This document shows, one piece after another, positions 28,408-37,400 of a stretch of 64,000 nt of DNA. How positions within the stretch are numbered: position 1 is the stretch's first letter; every line of letters begins with the position of its first letter. The notes below the pieces were generated by a model. That model did no database searches. It saw only the letters and a list, made by a program, of their open reading frames with translations, and had not been told where the DNA came from. This DNA comes from Candidatus Poribacteria bacterium. Lineage in GTDB: Bacteria > Poribacteria > WGA-4E > PCPOR2b. The stretch lies in assembly GCA_965205075.1 (NCBI GenBank), contig OZ242036.1, forward strand, positions 6,285,354 through 6,349,353, in the 5' to 3' direction. The translations under genes and the position numbers were made by a program.

Positions 28408-29526
28408 ATGATTGAGATTCGTGGGACCGGTCACATCTACCGTAACCCCAAGCCCCATCTGCGCGCTCGACATGCGTGGCATCCAACTTTGGTGGTCATT
28501 GATCAGAACGAACTCATCGCCGCGTTTGACATTGGTGAGGCGGTTGAGAGTTTGGATTATCGGACTTATATCAGCCGCAGCCATGACGGCGGGCAGACTT
28601 GGGATGCACCTGTGGCAATGTTTCCTGATAATCTTATCCAGCATCCGACGCGGCGCACCACGCATATTGGGCGACCGAGACGGATGTCGAACGGTGAACT
28701 GGTCGCATTCATCGCTCGCTTTTACCGCGACGATCCCGAACAGGGTATCTGGAACCCAGATACAACAGGGGTGGCGGAGATGGATTTGATGGTAGCGCGG
28801 AGCACGGATGGCGGTTCGACTTGGGGACAACCCCATGCCATCTCACCACCTCTGACGGGACAACCTTTTGAAGTTTGTCATACGATTGTTGAGTTAGCGG
28901 ATGGCAGATGGCTGGCTCCGGTGTCATGCCTGCGGTGTTGGGACGGCGCAGCTCCCAACGGTCTGAAGGTTATCGGGATAGTTTCCGCCGATCAGGGGGT
29001 GACTTGGTCCTCGTACATTGATATTCTCGATGACTTTGCTAATGGCATCGTCCATTTTGAGCAATCGGTTGTGCAGCTGGCAGATGAACGGTTGCTCGCT
29101 GTTGGTTGGGCATTTGATGAATGCAGCGGCAAGACCAAGGCTGTCAACTACGCAGTCAGTCAGGATGGTGAGACGTTTTCAACGCCACCGCGTCCCACGG
29201 GCTTGAATGGAGAGACCAGTAAACTCTTGGCACTGCCAGATGGGCGTGTCGTTTGTGTTTACCGTGGTATTGACCCGCCGGGGCTGTGCGGTACTATCGC
29301 ACAGCTTGACGGGGAAGAATGGAGACACGACGAACCGCAGGTTCTATGGCAGGGTGACAGGCTCACAAAAATGTTCGGGGAGGCAACCGCTACGGAGGAA
29401 CTACGCTCACTGAAACTTGGTTGTCCTAACCTTGCCCTACTGCCTGATGGCGATGTGCTGGTTGCGTTTTGGTGCCACGAGGATGAGGTCTATAACATCC
29501 GTTGGGTACGTCTTTCAGTCAGTTGA
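28408..29526 (+). CDS. BNR/Asp-box sialidase-like protein
   Basis: SHDGGQTW, STDGGSTW, SADQGVTW, SQDGETF. Confidence 0.85.
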   Translation: MIEIRGTGHIYRNPKPHLRARHAWHPTLVVIDQNELIAAFDIGEAVESLDYRTYISRSHDGGQTWDAPVAMFPDNLIQHPTRRTTHIGRPRRMSNGELVAFIARFYRDDPEQGIWNPDTTGVAEMDLMVARSTDGGSTWGQPHAISPPLTGQPFEVCHTIVELADGRWLAPVSCLRCWDGAAPNGLKVIGIVSADQGVTWSSYIDILDDFANGIVHFEQSVVQLADERLLAVGWAFDECSGKTKAVNYAVSQDGETFSTPPRPTGLNGETSKLLALPDGRVVCVYRGIDPPGLCGTIAQLDGEEWRHDEPQVLWQGDRLTKMFGEATATEELRSLKLGCPNLALLPDGDVLVAFWCHEDEVYNIRWVRLSVS

Positions 29527-29561
29527 TGTGAAGAATCTGGACTAGTTCCCAACGGTATGGG

Positions 29562-30641
29562 TCATGAATATGATCGCCCACCGGCATATATGCCATCAAC
29601 AATAGCCTGATCTGTCCACATTTCCTTCGGGGTGATGAGCGGTGAGGTTTTGCCGAGTGCACAATCGATGAAATGAAGTGCTTCGGTGCGGGTTCGTACT
29701 CTAGGGTTGTCTTGGAATGTTTCAGCGATGCCGGGTGCCACGTCCTCCGTCACATCTACATAATCGCCGTCCCGCCACGTCAATAACCGAAACGGCGACA
29801 ATGAAGCGAAACCCTCTGTTCCCCACACATCAACACCGTTGTCCCTCGCTGTCGGGGGTGCCAACCACATACTCTCAACCGACAATGTAACATCATCAGC
29901 AAAGGTGACGTAACCGCTCACCAAATCCTCGACATCGTAGGTGTCTCGGACCGCTTCCAGATCGGGGGGCAGCGTAGAGAGATCGGCAAAACGCGCACTT
30001 GCCCGACCTTCTACGGAGAGGAGAGCGGGGCAACCTAGGAACCAAACCCCTAGATCCAGTGTATGCACGCCGGTGCTGGCGAGTGAACCGCCCCCGGAAC
30101 GGGACTTGATGTAGTGTGGTCCCCAGACAGGAACGCTGGCAGCGTGTATCCAGGTGCGGGCAAAGCGGGGTGTTCCCAATCCGCCGCTGCGGATGAAATT
30201 GTGCGCCGCTTGTGCGTCCTTACGGAATCGAAAATTATAACCGACCATCAGCATTCGGTCTGCCTGCTCCGCTGCTTGAAGCATCGCCTCTGCGTCGGCA
30301 AGTGAGGGTGCCATCGGCTTGGCTGCTAGCACATGGGCACCACTTTTAAGCGCGGCAATTGTCACAGTCGGACGGACATCTGCCATTGTGCCAACCATGA
30401 CGACATCAAGAGATTCTTGATCAAACATCTCTTGATAATCCGTGTGAGTTGCTGCACGTGGTCGCTGTGGGTGTGCATCAGACAGTTCGCGGGCGACTGT
30501 TTCGGCGCGTTCTTGATCGACATCGCACACCGCAATCAGATTGGCGTCTGGGTGATTGACCACATTGTCTGAGTATGCGTGGCGTCCAAAGGAGCCGCAG
30601 CCGACGACACCGACGCGCAATGGACGAGAGACGTTGTTCAT
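29562..30641 (-). CDS. Gfo/Idh/MocA oxidoreductase
   Basis: VVGCGSFG, HVLAAKP, GGGSLASTGVHTLD. Confidence 0.9.
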   Translation of the reverse strand: MNNVSRPLRVGVVGCGSFGRHAYSDNVVNHPDANLIAVCDVDQERAETVARELSDAHPQRPRAATHTDYQEMFDQESLDVVMVGTMADVRPTVTIAALKSGAHVLAAKPMAPSLADAEAMLQAAEQADRMLMVGYNFRFRKDAQAAHNFIRSGGLGTPRFARTWIHAASVPVWGPHYIKSRSGGGSLASTGVHTLDLGVWFLGCPALLSVEGRASARFADLSTLPPDLEAVRDTYDVEDLVSGYVTFADDVTLSVESMWLAPPTARDNGVDVWGTEGFASLSPFRLLTWRDGDYVDVTEDVAPGIAETFQDNPRVRTRTEALHFIDCALGKTSPLITPKEMWTDQAIVDGIYAGGRSYS

Positions 30642-30724
30642 GTTGCCTCCTTAAAATTTAGGAGCTAGCATTAAAATTGAGACTAGTAATATGATGTTGT
30701 CATGCTTTACGAAATGGGTGCTCG

Positions 30725-31546
30725 TCAGACTTCCACCGAACCCGGCGCATCAAAATAGCCGACTTCTGTCAAACGGTCAATCCAAAATTGACGGGTTACG
30801 CTGCCCTGCGGATTCGACATCCATCGTTTTGAGTATAAATACTGCCGTTTGGGGTTGAATGCCTTGACCCCGGCTTGGGCGTTACCTTCGCCTTGTTTAC
30901 GGAGCGCTTCAATTTCATCGGGGTTCTTGGGATTTGCATAATAGACGACTGTGCACATACGGCGGTCATTGCTTCCACCATACGAGGCGTGCCACATGCG
31001 AAGGTCAAACGCGACCACGTCTCCCGGCTCAGAAGCGAGTGCGGTACACGGTACTTGCTCCAGCGGCAGCAACCGGACACCATTGGCGAACTCGTCATCG
31101 TTAGGGAGTCGATGGGCGCTAGGAATTACACGCAATGCCCCTGTATTCCCGTCTACCGGTTCTAAATAAAACGCAAACTTCACGCCGTACTGATGAACCG
31201 TACCGGTGTCGCGGTGCCAGCGTGTGTTACCGGTATAACGGTTGGCGTCTGTGCCGATACCGAGGACATCGTCACCGTACAACTGTTTAGCGACAGTCAA
31301 AAAACGAGGGTCTTCCATCAGGCTTGCAAAGAACGGCGTATCTTCGTCCGTCATCGGTGTCCAGTGGCGTTCCGAGCCGTCATACGGTCTGTGCGCGTAT
31401 TGCTCTGCCATGGTAGTATGGAACTCTTTGTGGATGGTCGCGAGTTCATCGGCTGAGAATAACTGTTTTAGTACTGTATAGCCAAACGTCTTGTGGAAGT
31501 CGATTTGGTCCTCTGTAAGCCCTATTGTGTGGGTGGTTTGATTCAT
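30725..31546 (-). CDS. PhyH-family dioxygenase
   Basis: WHRD, GALRVIPSAH, PGDVVAFDLRMWHAS. Start MNQTTH after a GGAG RBS. Confidence 0.9.
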   Translation of the reverse strand: MNQTTHTIGLTEDQIDFHKTFGYTVLKQLFSADELATIHKEFHTTMAEQYAHRPYDGSERHWTPMTDEDTPFFASLMEDPRFLTVAKQLYGDDVLGIGTDANRYTGNTRWHRDTGTVHQYGVKFAFYLEPVDGNTGALRVIPSAHRLPNDDEFANGVRLLPLEQVPCTALASEPGDVVAFDLRMWHASYGGSNDRRMCTVVYYANPKNPDEIEALRKQGEGNAQAGVKAFNPKRQYLYSKRWMSNPQGSVTRQFWIDRLTEVGYFDAPGSVEV

Positions 31547-31588
31547 GTTTTTATCTCCCTCCCTATGTTCCTTTCTATAGGTGAGTAC

Positions 31589-31612
31589 GGAACGCAGATC
31601 TGCGTTCCCTAC
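31589..31612 (-). repeat. GTAG-type REP palindrome
   Basis: GTAG + GGAACGCAGATCTGCGTTCC (perfect palindrome); second copy at 57750-57772. Confidence 0.7.
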
Positions 31613-31626
31613 AATCTGAAGTTTGC

Positions 31627-32673
31627 CTAGGGAACCTCCACGCCTAGCGATGTTGCTATCTCGGTGACGGACTGCCAAACGTCCTCAGCAATAGGAATAC
31701 CATCCCGTTGGCGGATAGCGCGTGTCCGAGCCTCCGGATCGCCGGGCATTAGGACTTCATCGAAGCCGGGTGCCGGTGGGATTGCCCGGACTCGATCTCC
31801 CATCTCATCGGCACGATCCGCATAATCTGAGAAGGGCTGGAACAGATCCGCTTTGAAGGCAATAAATGTTACGCCTTGGTGCCGCATGATCGGACCGCCG
31901 TGCTTGGGATCAACGAAGGCATCCGCGCCTGTGAAGATTCGCCCAAGGAACTCTGTCGCCATCATCAAGGCATAACCCTTGTGCTCGCCGAACGGGACAT
32001 GTCCGCCCCCGTTGACGAAATCGTTCGCATCCGTGCTGGGATTTCCGTCTTTGTCGACAATGCAGTTGGGCGGTAACGGCTCCCCTCTGCGCTGGGCATT
32101 AAGAACTTTGACGCCGGAGACTGCGGCTGTTGCAAAGTCGAACATCATTTGTGGTGCGTCGCCGGACGGAAAACCCATCGCTAATGGATTGGTATGGAGA
32201 ACCGTTTCTCTGCCACCGTAGGGAACGGTCGCCGGCTCTTCTTCAGAGTATCCGCCCGCCCACACCATAGCGATCAGCCTGTCAGATGCCGCCATCTCCA
32301 CATAGTGACCTAGCCGCCCGATATGATCCGCTTGAACGAGTCCTACTACGGCGATGTCATTCTCTTTTGCCTTTGTTATGGCGACTTCTATCGCATATTT
32401 GGCAGCGACTTGCCCAAAAGTCCAATTCCCTGTGACTTGGGCACTTGTGGCGGTTTCGTTTAGAATCTCCGGATGAGCCGTTGCCACGATCTCACCGGAT
32501 TTGGAGGATTCTACGTAACGCGGCAAATGCCAGATGCCGTGCGTGTCAACGCCGCTGAGATTTGCCAAGACCAGATGCTCTGCCACATCCTCCGCGTTCG
32601 GCTCATCGGCACCTGCAGCCAATAGAGCGTTCTTGACCAGTTGATGAAGTTCGTCCCCTGTCTTGATTATCAT
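31627..32673 (-). CDS. Ldh_2 family (type 2 malate/L-lactate dehydrogenase-like) oxidoreductase
   Basis: GVDTHG, HIGRLG, TNPLA, DFAT, HKGYAL, PGDPE. Confidence 0.9.
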   Translation of the reverse strand: MIIKTGDELHQLVKNALLAAGADEPNAEDVAEHLVLANLSGVDTHGIWHLPRYVESSKSGEIVATAHPEILNETATSAQVTGNWTFGQVAAKYAIEVAITKAKENDIAVVGLVQADHIGRLGHYVEMAASDRLIAMVWAGGYSEEEPATVPYGGRETVLHTNPLAMGFPSGDAPQMMFDFATAAVSGVKVLNAQRRGEPLPPNCIVDKDGNPSTDANDFVNGGGHVPFGEHKGYALMMATEFLGRIFTGADAFVDPKHGGPIMRHQGVTFIAFKADLFQPFSDYADRADEMGDRVRAIPPAPGFDEVLMPGDPEARTRAIRQRDGIPIAEDVWQSVTEIATSLGVEVP

Positions 32674-32786
32674 TGTGTTCTCCTAGATCTGTGTGTGGAA
32701 GCGAGGGAGCGGGTGTGTGAGGCAGCGAGGGAGTAGATCGTAAGGTAGGGTAGTACTCCCAACTCTCTTCCAATACACTTAGGTTA

Positions 32787-34292
32787 TTATAAGCTGTACA
32801 ACGTCCCATACTTTGAGCGCAGATAGTGGATATACGGTTCGATGCGTAACGGTCCTCCGGTAACGCGCTCAATGAGCTCAGGTGTGGTGTATTTGCTACC
32901 GTGCTGATAGATATTCTCTTTGAGCCAGTTGTGTAAAGTGTCAAATTCCCCCGTTTCAATCTCGTTCGTAATCTCAGGGTGTGCCTCCAAAGCGGCCGCA
33001 AAGAACTGTGCTCCCAAGATATTGCCCAACGTATAGCCCTGAAAACCGCCGCCAATCCCGCCGGCATACCAGTGGACATCTTGCAGCACTCCATCGCGGT
33101 CATCCGGCGGAACGATTCCAAAATCCGCTTGAAATCGCTCACGCCACGCTTCGGGGAGATCTTTCACGGCGAGTTTCCCCTCAAGCAGATCGAGTTCAAA
33201 ATCGAACCGAAGCATAACATGGAGGTTGTAAGTTACCTCGTCGGCATCTGTGCGGATCAGTGAGCGTTCTACTTTGTTAATCGCACGGTAAAAGGTATCT
33301 ATCGGCACACTTCCAAGTTGGTCTGGAAAGGTTGATTGGAGTCTCGGATAGAAAAAGTTCCAGAACCCCCGGCTTCGTCCGACGACGTTTTCCCAAAGAC
33401 GTGATTGGCTTTCATGAATCCCTGACGACGGTCCACCGTCGAGAGGAAGCCCTTCATAGTTCGTGCAGGTTCCCTGCTCGTACAGGGCGTGTCCAGCCTC
33501 ATGCGTCATGCTGAACAGTCCTTCGCTCAAGTCATCTTCCTTTGTGCGGATGGTGATACGGACATCGCCAATCGAGAATTTGGTCATGAACGGATGGTGG
33601 GTCATATCGCGCCGACCACGCTCAAAGTCGTAGCCGAAACGTTTTATGACATCGTCGGCGAATTCTAGTTGCTGCGCCTCCGGGAAGATTTGGCGCAGGC
33701 AACTGTCGTCAGCGGTCGGTTGGGCGGTGATGGTTTGCATAATCGGCACGAGTTGTTCGCGGAGTTCGGTAAAAAGTGGACGAATGGTCGAGGCTTTCAT
33801 GCCTTCGTCGGAGAAGTCGATTAGGGGATCGGCGATGTGTTCGTAACTGGGAAAGAAATCGGCGAGTTGGCGGCTTAGGTCCAGCGTCTTTTCGAGATAA
33901 GGCTGCACAGCAGCGAAGTCGTTTTCCGGTCGCGCTGTTGTCCAAACCTGATACGATTCGGCTGCGTGGTTCTGAAGCTCTGCCATGAACGATGAGGGCA
34001 CTTTGGTAGCTTTCTCGTATCCGCGTTGTGTGACACGAATCAGGCTGGCATCGTCGGAGTCGTAGGGCAGACTTTCCTCGTAAGGTCGCAATTCATCAAG
34101 CATCTTCCCAATTTTTGAGTCGGTAAACTTCTCATGTGCGAGACGACTCAATGTGGCGAGCTGACGTCCCCGCGCAGCCGCACCGCCCGGCGGCATATAG
34201 GTGGTTTGATCCCAATGCAGGATCGAAGCTGCTGATCCCAAGTCGTTGATCTCCATCAGATGTGTTTTGAGTTCTTGCAATTTGGATTCCAA
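32787..34292 (-). CDS. Carboxypeptidase M32 (Taq-type)
   Basis: HPF, HEAGHALYEQG, HESQSRLWEN, IRTDADE, LQDVHW. Confidence 0.95.
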   Translation of the reverse strand: MESKLQELKTHLMEINDLGSAASILHWDQTTYMPPGGAAARGRQLATLSRLAHEKFTDSKIGKMLDELRPYEESLPYDSDDASLIRVTQRGYEKATKVPSSFMAELQNHAAESYQVWTTARPENDFAAVQPYLEKTLDLSRQLADFFPSYEHIADPLIDFSDEGMKASTIRPLFTELREQLVPIMQTITAQPTADDSCLRQIFPEAQQLEFADDVIKRFGYDFERGRRDMTHHPFMTKFSIGDVRITIRTKEDDLSEGLFSMTHEAGHALYEQGTCTNYEGLPLDGGPSSGIHESQSRLWENVVGRSRGFWNFFYPRLQSTFPDQLGSVPIDTFYRAINKVERSLIRTDADEVTYNLHVMLRFDFELDLLEGKLAVKDLPEAWRERFQADFGIVPPDDRDGVLQDVHWYAGGIGGGFQGYTLGNILGAQFFAAALEAHPEITNEIETGEFDTLHNWLKENIYQHGSKYTTPELIERVTGGPLRIEPYIHYLRSKYGTLYSL

Positions 34293-34340
34293 GTGTGCTT
34301 CCTCCTATAAACAGAAAACGGGAGGGCGGGAAAAAGAAAT

Positions 34341-34408
34341 TAACGCCATGGCGCAAAGGCGCAAGGTTTTTTCCTGTTTTTTTTTTGCGTCCTTGCGTCC
34401 TTGCGTTA
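34341..34408. repeat. Inverted octamer tandem repeats (GCGCAAAG / CCTTGCGT) forming a hairpin
   Basis: taacgccatggcgcaaaggcgcaagg ... ttgcgtccttgcgtccttgcgtta. Confidence 0.6.
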
Positions 34409-34453
34409 GATGTTCTGTCTTGTTTTCTCGTCTACTCGTTTTCCCGTTTTCAC

Positions 34454-37400
34454 TCATGCGGGTGTTGTGAGTGCTTTTCGCAGAAATCGTCCTGTGTGCG
34501 ATTCCTCTGTAGCCATGACCTCTTCTGGTGTTCCCATAGTGATGACCTTTCCACCTTCAGCCCCACCTTCGGGACCTAGGTCAATGATCCAATCGGCGGA
34601 TTTGATTACGTCCATGTTATGTTCAATGATGACGATTGTGTTGCCTTTGTCCACTAAGCGGTTGAGCACCGTCAGCAGCTTCTGTACATCATCGAAATGC
34701 AGGCCTGTCGTCGGCTCATCCATGATATAGATGGTTTTACCGGTACTTCGCTTTGAGAGTTCACGCGCCAGCTTGACACGTTGGGACTCACCGCCAGAGA
34801 GCGTTGTTGCCGCCTGACCGAGTTCGATGTAATCCAGACCAACGTCGTACAACATCTGTAGCGGTCTTTGGATAGTCGGTACGCTTTGGAAATGCTCTAA
34901 CGCTTCCTGCACAGTCATCGCTAGAATATCAGCGATGTTTTTGCCCTTGTAGTAGATTTGCAACGTTTCGTGGTTGTAGCCGGTGCCGCCGCATGTTTCA
35001 CATTTTACCCATACATCCGCTAGAAAGTGCATCTCGACTTTATTGAAGCCGTGCCCACGACATGTCTCGCACTGCCCTGTCTTTTGATTAAAGCTGAATC
35101 GACGGGAATCGAAACCGTGGACCTTGGCGTCCGGCAGGTCAGCGAAGAGATAGCGGATCTTGGTGAAGAGGTCGGTGTAGGTGGCAGGATTCGATCGTGG
35201 GGTGTCCCCAATTGGCTGCTGATCGATGTTAATCACTTTGTCAAGGCAGTCCAACCCATACATCGATCGATACTCTCCCGCCCGCATCCGGGTTCGGTTC
35301 AGATTAGAAACGAGAACAGGATACAAGGTTTCCTCAATCAACGAGCTCTTTCCTGAACCGGACACCCCGGTTACGCATGTCAGGGTGCCCAACGGGATCT
35401 CGACATCAATATTTTGCAAGTTATTGGTTCGGACACCTATCATCTCAAGCAACTCCCCTTTGCCTTGGCGTCTTTGCGGCGGGACGTCGATCTTGAGTTT
35501 TCCTGTGAGGTATCCACCCGTCAGCGACTGTTCACTTTGCTGGATTTCAGTCGGCGAACCGGCGGCGACAATCTCACCGCCAAACTTCCCTGCGCGAGGA
35601 CCAAAATCGAGTATATGATCCGATGCCAACATGGTTTCCAAGTCATGTTCAACGACTAGGACGCTGTTGCCAAGATCTCGAAGTCCTTTCAATGCGTTCA
35701 AGAGTCGTTCCTGATCTCGCTGATGCAATCCGATACTCGGTTCATCAAGGATATACGTCACCCCAGTGAGACCGCTGCCGAGTTGGCTTGCCAGACGGAT
35801 GCGCTGCATCTCTCCACCTGAGAGACTGGGTGCGGGTCGATCTAGCGTCAGATAATGCAGTCCAATATCGACGAGGAATCGGAGTCGTTGTTGGATTTCT
35901 TTGAGCAGTGTTCCACCGATCTCCATCTGATGTTTCAGGAGATCAAGGTGTTCAAAGAAGTCGGCGGTCCTTCCAATCGGCATCGCTGTTAGCGCGGCGA
36001 TGGTTTCCCCGCCCAACGTTACACCTCTCGCTAGGGGTTGGATTCGTGTGCCTTCACACTCCTGACAAGTATACAACCGATGCCCGATTGTCCCAATACC
36101 TTCGCAGGCTGGGCATTGACCGATAGAACTGTTGAATGAGAAGTGACGCGGTGTCAGTTCAGGGAAACTCAAACCGCACGGGACGCAAGCGAAGTGCTCG
36201 CTGAAAACGTGATGTGTAATTTCCGATCTTCTGCCCGTTCGCTTCCCTTCATTTATCACTCCCACCGCTACGGTGCCACCGCTCTGCTGCGTTGCCGTTT
36301 CAACAGCTTCTGTCAGGCGTCCCCGTTCGTCGGGTTCGAGAGCGAGGCGATCAACGACAATTTTGACATCGTGTCGGATACTCTTTCCAATCTTCGGTGC
36401 CCGATCAATCGGGTGAATCTCCCCGTCAATTTCGACGCGAGCGTAGCCATCACGCTGTAAACGCTGGAAAGCATCGGGATAATCCTCATTAGGTCGCAGC
36501 ACTAAAGGGGACAAGACGTAAAGCCGAGCTCCATCTGCCAATGCCACAATTTTATCAACGATTTGCTGTACGGATTGAACGCTGATTTCCGACCCGCATT
36601 GCGGGCAGTGAGCAGTTCCGACTCGTGCATAAAGTACACGCAGATAGTCGTAAATTTCTGTGACTGTCCCGACCGTAGACCGTGGGTTCTTACTCGGTGC
36701 CTTCTGCTCAATCGCGATTGCCGGCGAGAGTCCTTCAATCTTTTCCACCTTAGGTTTTTCTAACTGTCCTAAAAACTGCCGTGCATATGCTGAAAGGGAT
36801 TCGACGTAGCGGCGTTGTCCTTCTGCATAGATTGTGTCCAATGCCAGCGACGATTTTCCAGAACCGCTCACACCGGTGAATGTTGTGAACTTCCGATGGG
36901 GAATATCTACATTGATGTGCTTCAGATTGTGCTCATGCGCGCCATGCACAGAGATATATTCCCCCTCATTATTGTTGGTCAATTCATAAGAGGCTGTTGA
37001 TTCCTGTAGAATGTGCGGGGTACTGTGTGTTGCGTACTGCGTATTATCAATTGAAGAACCTTCCAATCCTCTCGGTGCTAGTGCTGATTGCAAAGCTATC
37101 CCCGTATACGATTCCTCAACGGCTGCTACCTCCTCCGGTGTTCCTGTTGCAACGACATAGCCACCTTCTTCACCACCCTCGGGACCGAGATCAATAAGAT
37201 AGTCCGCTGTTTTTACTACCTCCAAGTTGTGCTCAATGACGATAACGGTATTGCCCATGTTGACAAGTTGGTGCAACACCTCTAGGAGTTTTTTCACATC
37301 GTCGAAGTGCAACCCGGTTGTAGGCTCGTCGAGGATATAAAGAGTTTTGCCTGTGCTACGTTTAGCAAGCTCCCGCGCCAGTTTAATCCGTTGCGCCTCG

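Noticed and set aside
31547-31678. N-terminal extension of the PhyH ORF overlapping the Ldh_2 gene
   Set aside because: Runs through a REP palindrome and the neighbour's 3' end; a better start with RBS is at 31546.
32603-33142. 179-aa minus-strand ORF with PSLPHT repeats
   Set aside because: Alternative frame of the M32 gene plus an intergenic short tandem repeat.
36396-36420. CCCGATCAATCGGG palindrome inside uvrA as another micro-element copy
   Set aside because: Lacks the GTTGCTCCGAAT arm, and the peptide HPIDRAP appears in register with normal UvrA, so it is probably chance.
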